From contig NC_058379.1 of NCBI RefSeq assembly GCF_018350175.1, forward strand, positions 29,326,001-29,390,000: a stretch of DNA of 64,000 nucleotides, given 5' to 3'. This stretch comes from Felis catus. Lineage: Eukaryota. Positions 61,788 to 64,000 of this stretch are shown here, piece after piece. Position numbers and translations under genes: made by a program. The notes beneath the pieces were generated by a model, which was given only the letters and a program-made list of their open reading frames with translations, did no database searches and had not been told where the DNA came from. How positions within the stretch are numbered: position 1 is the first letter of the stretch; each line of letters starts with the position of its first letter.

Positions 61788-64000
61788 TTAATTTGTATTT
61801 TTATCATGAGTTAGATTAAGCAGGTATTTATATGTCGTGTATACAGGTCCAATGACACGAATTCTGTGTTGCTCAGGAAGAGGTTCCCAGAGCCAAGTTC
61901 CAGCTTATTCTCCTCTTTTGCCCCCCACTGCACACCTCCATCACAAACCTGTGGTGTTCCTATATTTTACACATTCTGTTGGTCCCTTTTCTTCTGAGAG
62001 GTTTCTCTCCTTCCCTCACACTGCAGCCCAGGCCCATTTCTTCATTTCTTCATTTGCATCGTTGCATCCATTTATTCAGCGTGGTGGTAGCCTGTGCTGT
62101 GTGCAGGGCCAGTGAGCCGTGAGCTGTGGAGGCAGAGGTATTCACCGACAGGCAAGCTGGGGGTGGGGGGCTTGGGGAATGTCTGGAGCAGCGCAGCGCC
62201 GTTGAAGCTGAGACCTGGAGACGGAGGGGGATGGGGAAATGGTGGCAGATAGAGGCACATGGGCGGTGGGGGGAGGCTTGGAGGCCGTGGGAGGAGCGTG
62301 AGTTTGTTCTGGGGGATGGTGCTGGAAGCTGGGCAGGGTTTCAAGCCCAAGCGTGTTGTGATCCTGCCTGTGTTCTAAAGGCCCACTTTGGCTGCCCTGT
62401 GGGAAACAGGACTATGTGGAGTCAAGGGTGGAAGGTGGGAAAGCAGCCAGGGAGGGGGCTGTGCACTTGTCTGTGTAAGAGGTGGTGTGTGAGTTTGGAC
62501 CAGGGTGAGGCGGGGGAGGTGGCACAAAGAGGCTGGACCCAAGATGGCTTGTGAAGGGTGGGCCTGTGGGACTTGCTGGGCCATCACATCAGGGTCTGTG
62601 TGTCCCCAGGGCGGGGGGAGAGCTCAGTAGAAATCTTCAAGTGCAGCCACGTTTTGAGAGGACTGGGTCAGTTAGCACGTTCTGTGCCATGGACAACAGG
62701 TGGAACCGGGTGATCCAGCCTGTGCTTGGCGCTCCGGGCCAGTGCAGCTTCGGCAGGAAGGTGGATCCCTCAGAAGCAGAGCCATGGGCAGAGCAGCAGG
62801 AGGGAGCTGGGAGCACGGAGTGAGGGTGGGCAGTTGGAGTGGAGGGGGAATGAGGGGGGCCACCAGGGAGGGTGGGGACTTCTGTGGGACTTTAGAGGAC
62901 AAGTCAACTCCAAGGTGTCCAAGGGAGTTGTTTGAGGCTAAGAGGTCAACCTGATGAAATATGGACTGTTCAAGGAGGAGGAGTGTGAGGACGAGGTGGG
63001 CAGGGTGGGTTCTGGCACGGTGGAGTGGAGAGCTGGCCCAGGGGGCTGGGGTTGGAACCCTGTCTGCTGGGATGAGGTCCCGACCTGACTGAGAAGATAG
63101 TAAGCTGGGTGTGGCCCAACTAGTTCTGTGACAGAGACCCTTGAGAACATGCAGAGTGGAGGCCATCGTCAGGGAGGCCCAGGAGGACCTGGCTGCTGTG
63201 AGGCTTGAGGGCGAGGTAGTGAGAGGGTGAGCGATGTGAACAGTGTCCTGGTTGGCAGCCTGGGACAAGTGAAATGTCACTGGTTCTTTACTTAGCCAAG
63301 GTCTTATTACCTGTTTTCTGGAGGCCCTTCTGTGCTATCTGGGCTCCTCTGGCACTTGTGACAGGGTGTAGGGTGCTTTGGGCCCCTTGGATCAAGTGAG
63401 TGGCTCCCCTGCCCTTGGATGAGACAGGGCTAGACCAGTGGTGCATGTTCTGGGCCCGGCTGCCCAGAGCCTGTGGACTTTTCTCTCAGGTGGTTGAGGT
63501 GCTGCTGGTGGTCTGGCCTCCCTAAGGAGAGTGCTCTCTTTCAGGTGTCTGCTGTGTCCTTCCTCATTTGTTGTCATTTGAAAGTGTGACTGGCAGTGTT
63601 TTTCTGTGAGGCTGTCTGCTGGGAGCCACTGTGGGCTTCCAGGGGCTTCCTAAGGGGTCTGTACTGCCTGCCTGTGCCCCATGCGATTGGCTTGTGTTTG
63701 GGGTACATTGCCTTCCCTGACATGAAGGTCACTTCTGCCTCAGTGGAGCATCTGATGTTGGGGCTCCTCTGCTGCTAAGGGTCTGCTTTGTGGTGTCAGT
63801 GGTGTCTTTTAGGCCCCACTCTGCCCCTGACCCCTCTCGTGTTTTCTTGTCCATATGTCCTCTGTCTCCTTCCCAGTGGATATTGTTACTGTGGACATTT
63901 TGCTTCTCAGGTGCTTGTCAGGGCCCCCAAAACATGTAGATGTCCTGGGCTTGGCCTCCCGCCAGGAGTTGTATATGGGGTCTCTCTGGGTTGGATCATG

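Noticed and set aside
1-64000. Prokaryote-type systems (CRISPR arrays, operons, IS elements)
   Set aside because: The sequence is mammalian with spliceosomal introns; no repeat-spacer arrays were seen.

Overview
Eukaryotic (mammalian) DNA, almost certainly from a felid, judged by the dense tRNA-derived Can-SINEs including young cat-type copies. Gene order matches human 22q11.21 / mouse chr16: 3' half of UBE2L3 (+), YDJC (-), CCDC116 (+), SDF2L1 (+), the miR-301b/miR-130b cluster (+) and the first five coding exons of PPIL2 (+). All exon boundaries were rebuilt by hand from GT-AG sites and reading phase. Main result: between miR-130b and PPIL2 lies an intact 7-coding-exon gene (41760-51480, 326 aa, with poly(A) signal) that the ORF track shows only in fragments. 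By position it is probably the orthologue of the miR-130b/301b host locus (mouse 2610318N02Rik-like). Its N-terminus resembles the conserved C-terminal motif of NEMP/TMEM194 nuclear-envelope proteins, followed by a coiled-coil, a basic NLS and a Pro/Ser-rich tail. It appears to have two promoters, one with a CCAAT/CHR/E2F cell-cycle layout upstream of the miRNAs. Other points: a lost and rescued splice acceptor plus an alternative last exon in CCDC116, a perfect ERSE-II in the SDF2L1 promoter, and a 100%-identical inverted SINE pair in PPIL2 intron 1. There are six N-gaps of 142-169 nt. Comparisons to human or mouse come from memory, not from a search.
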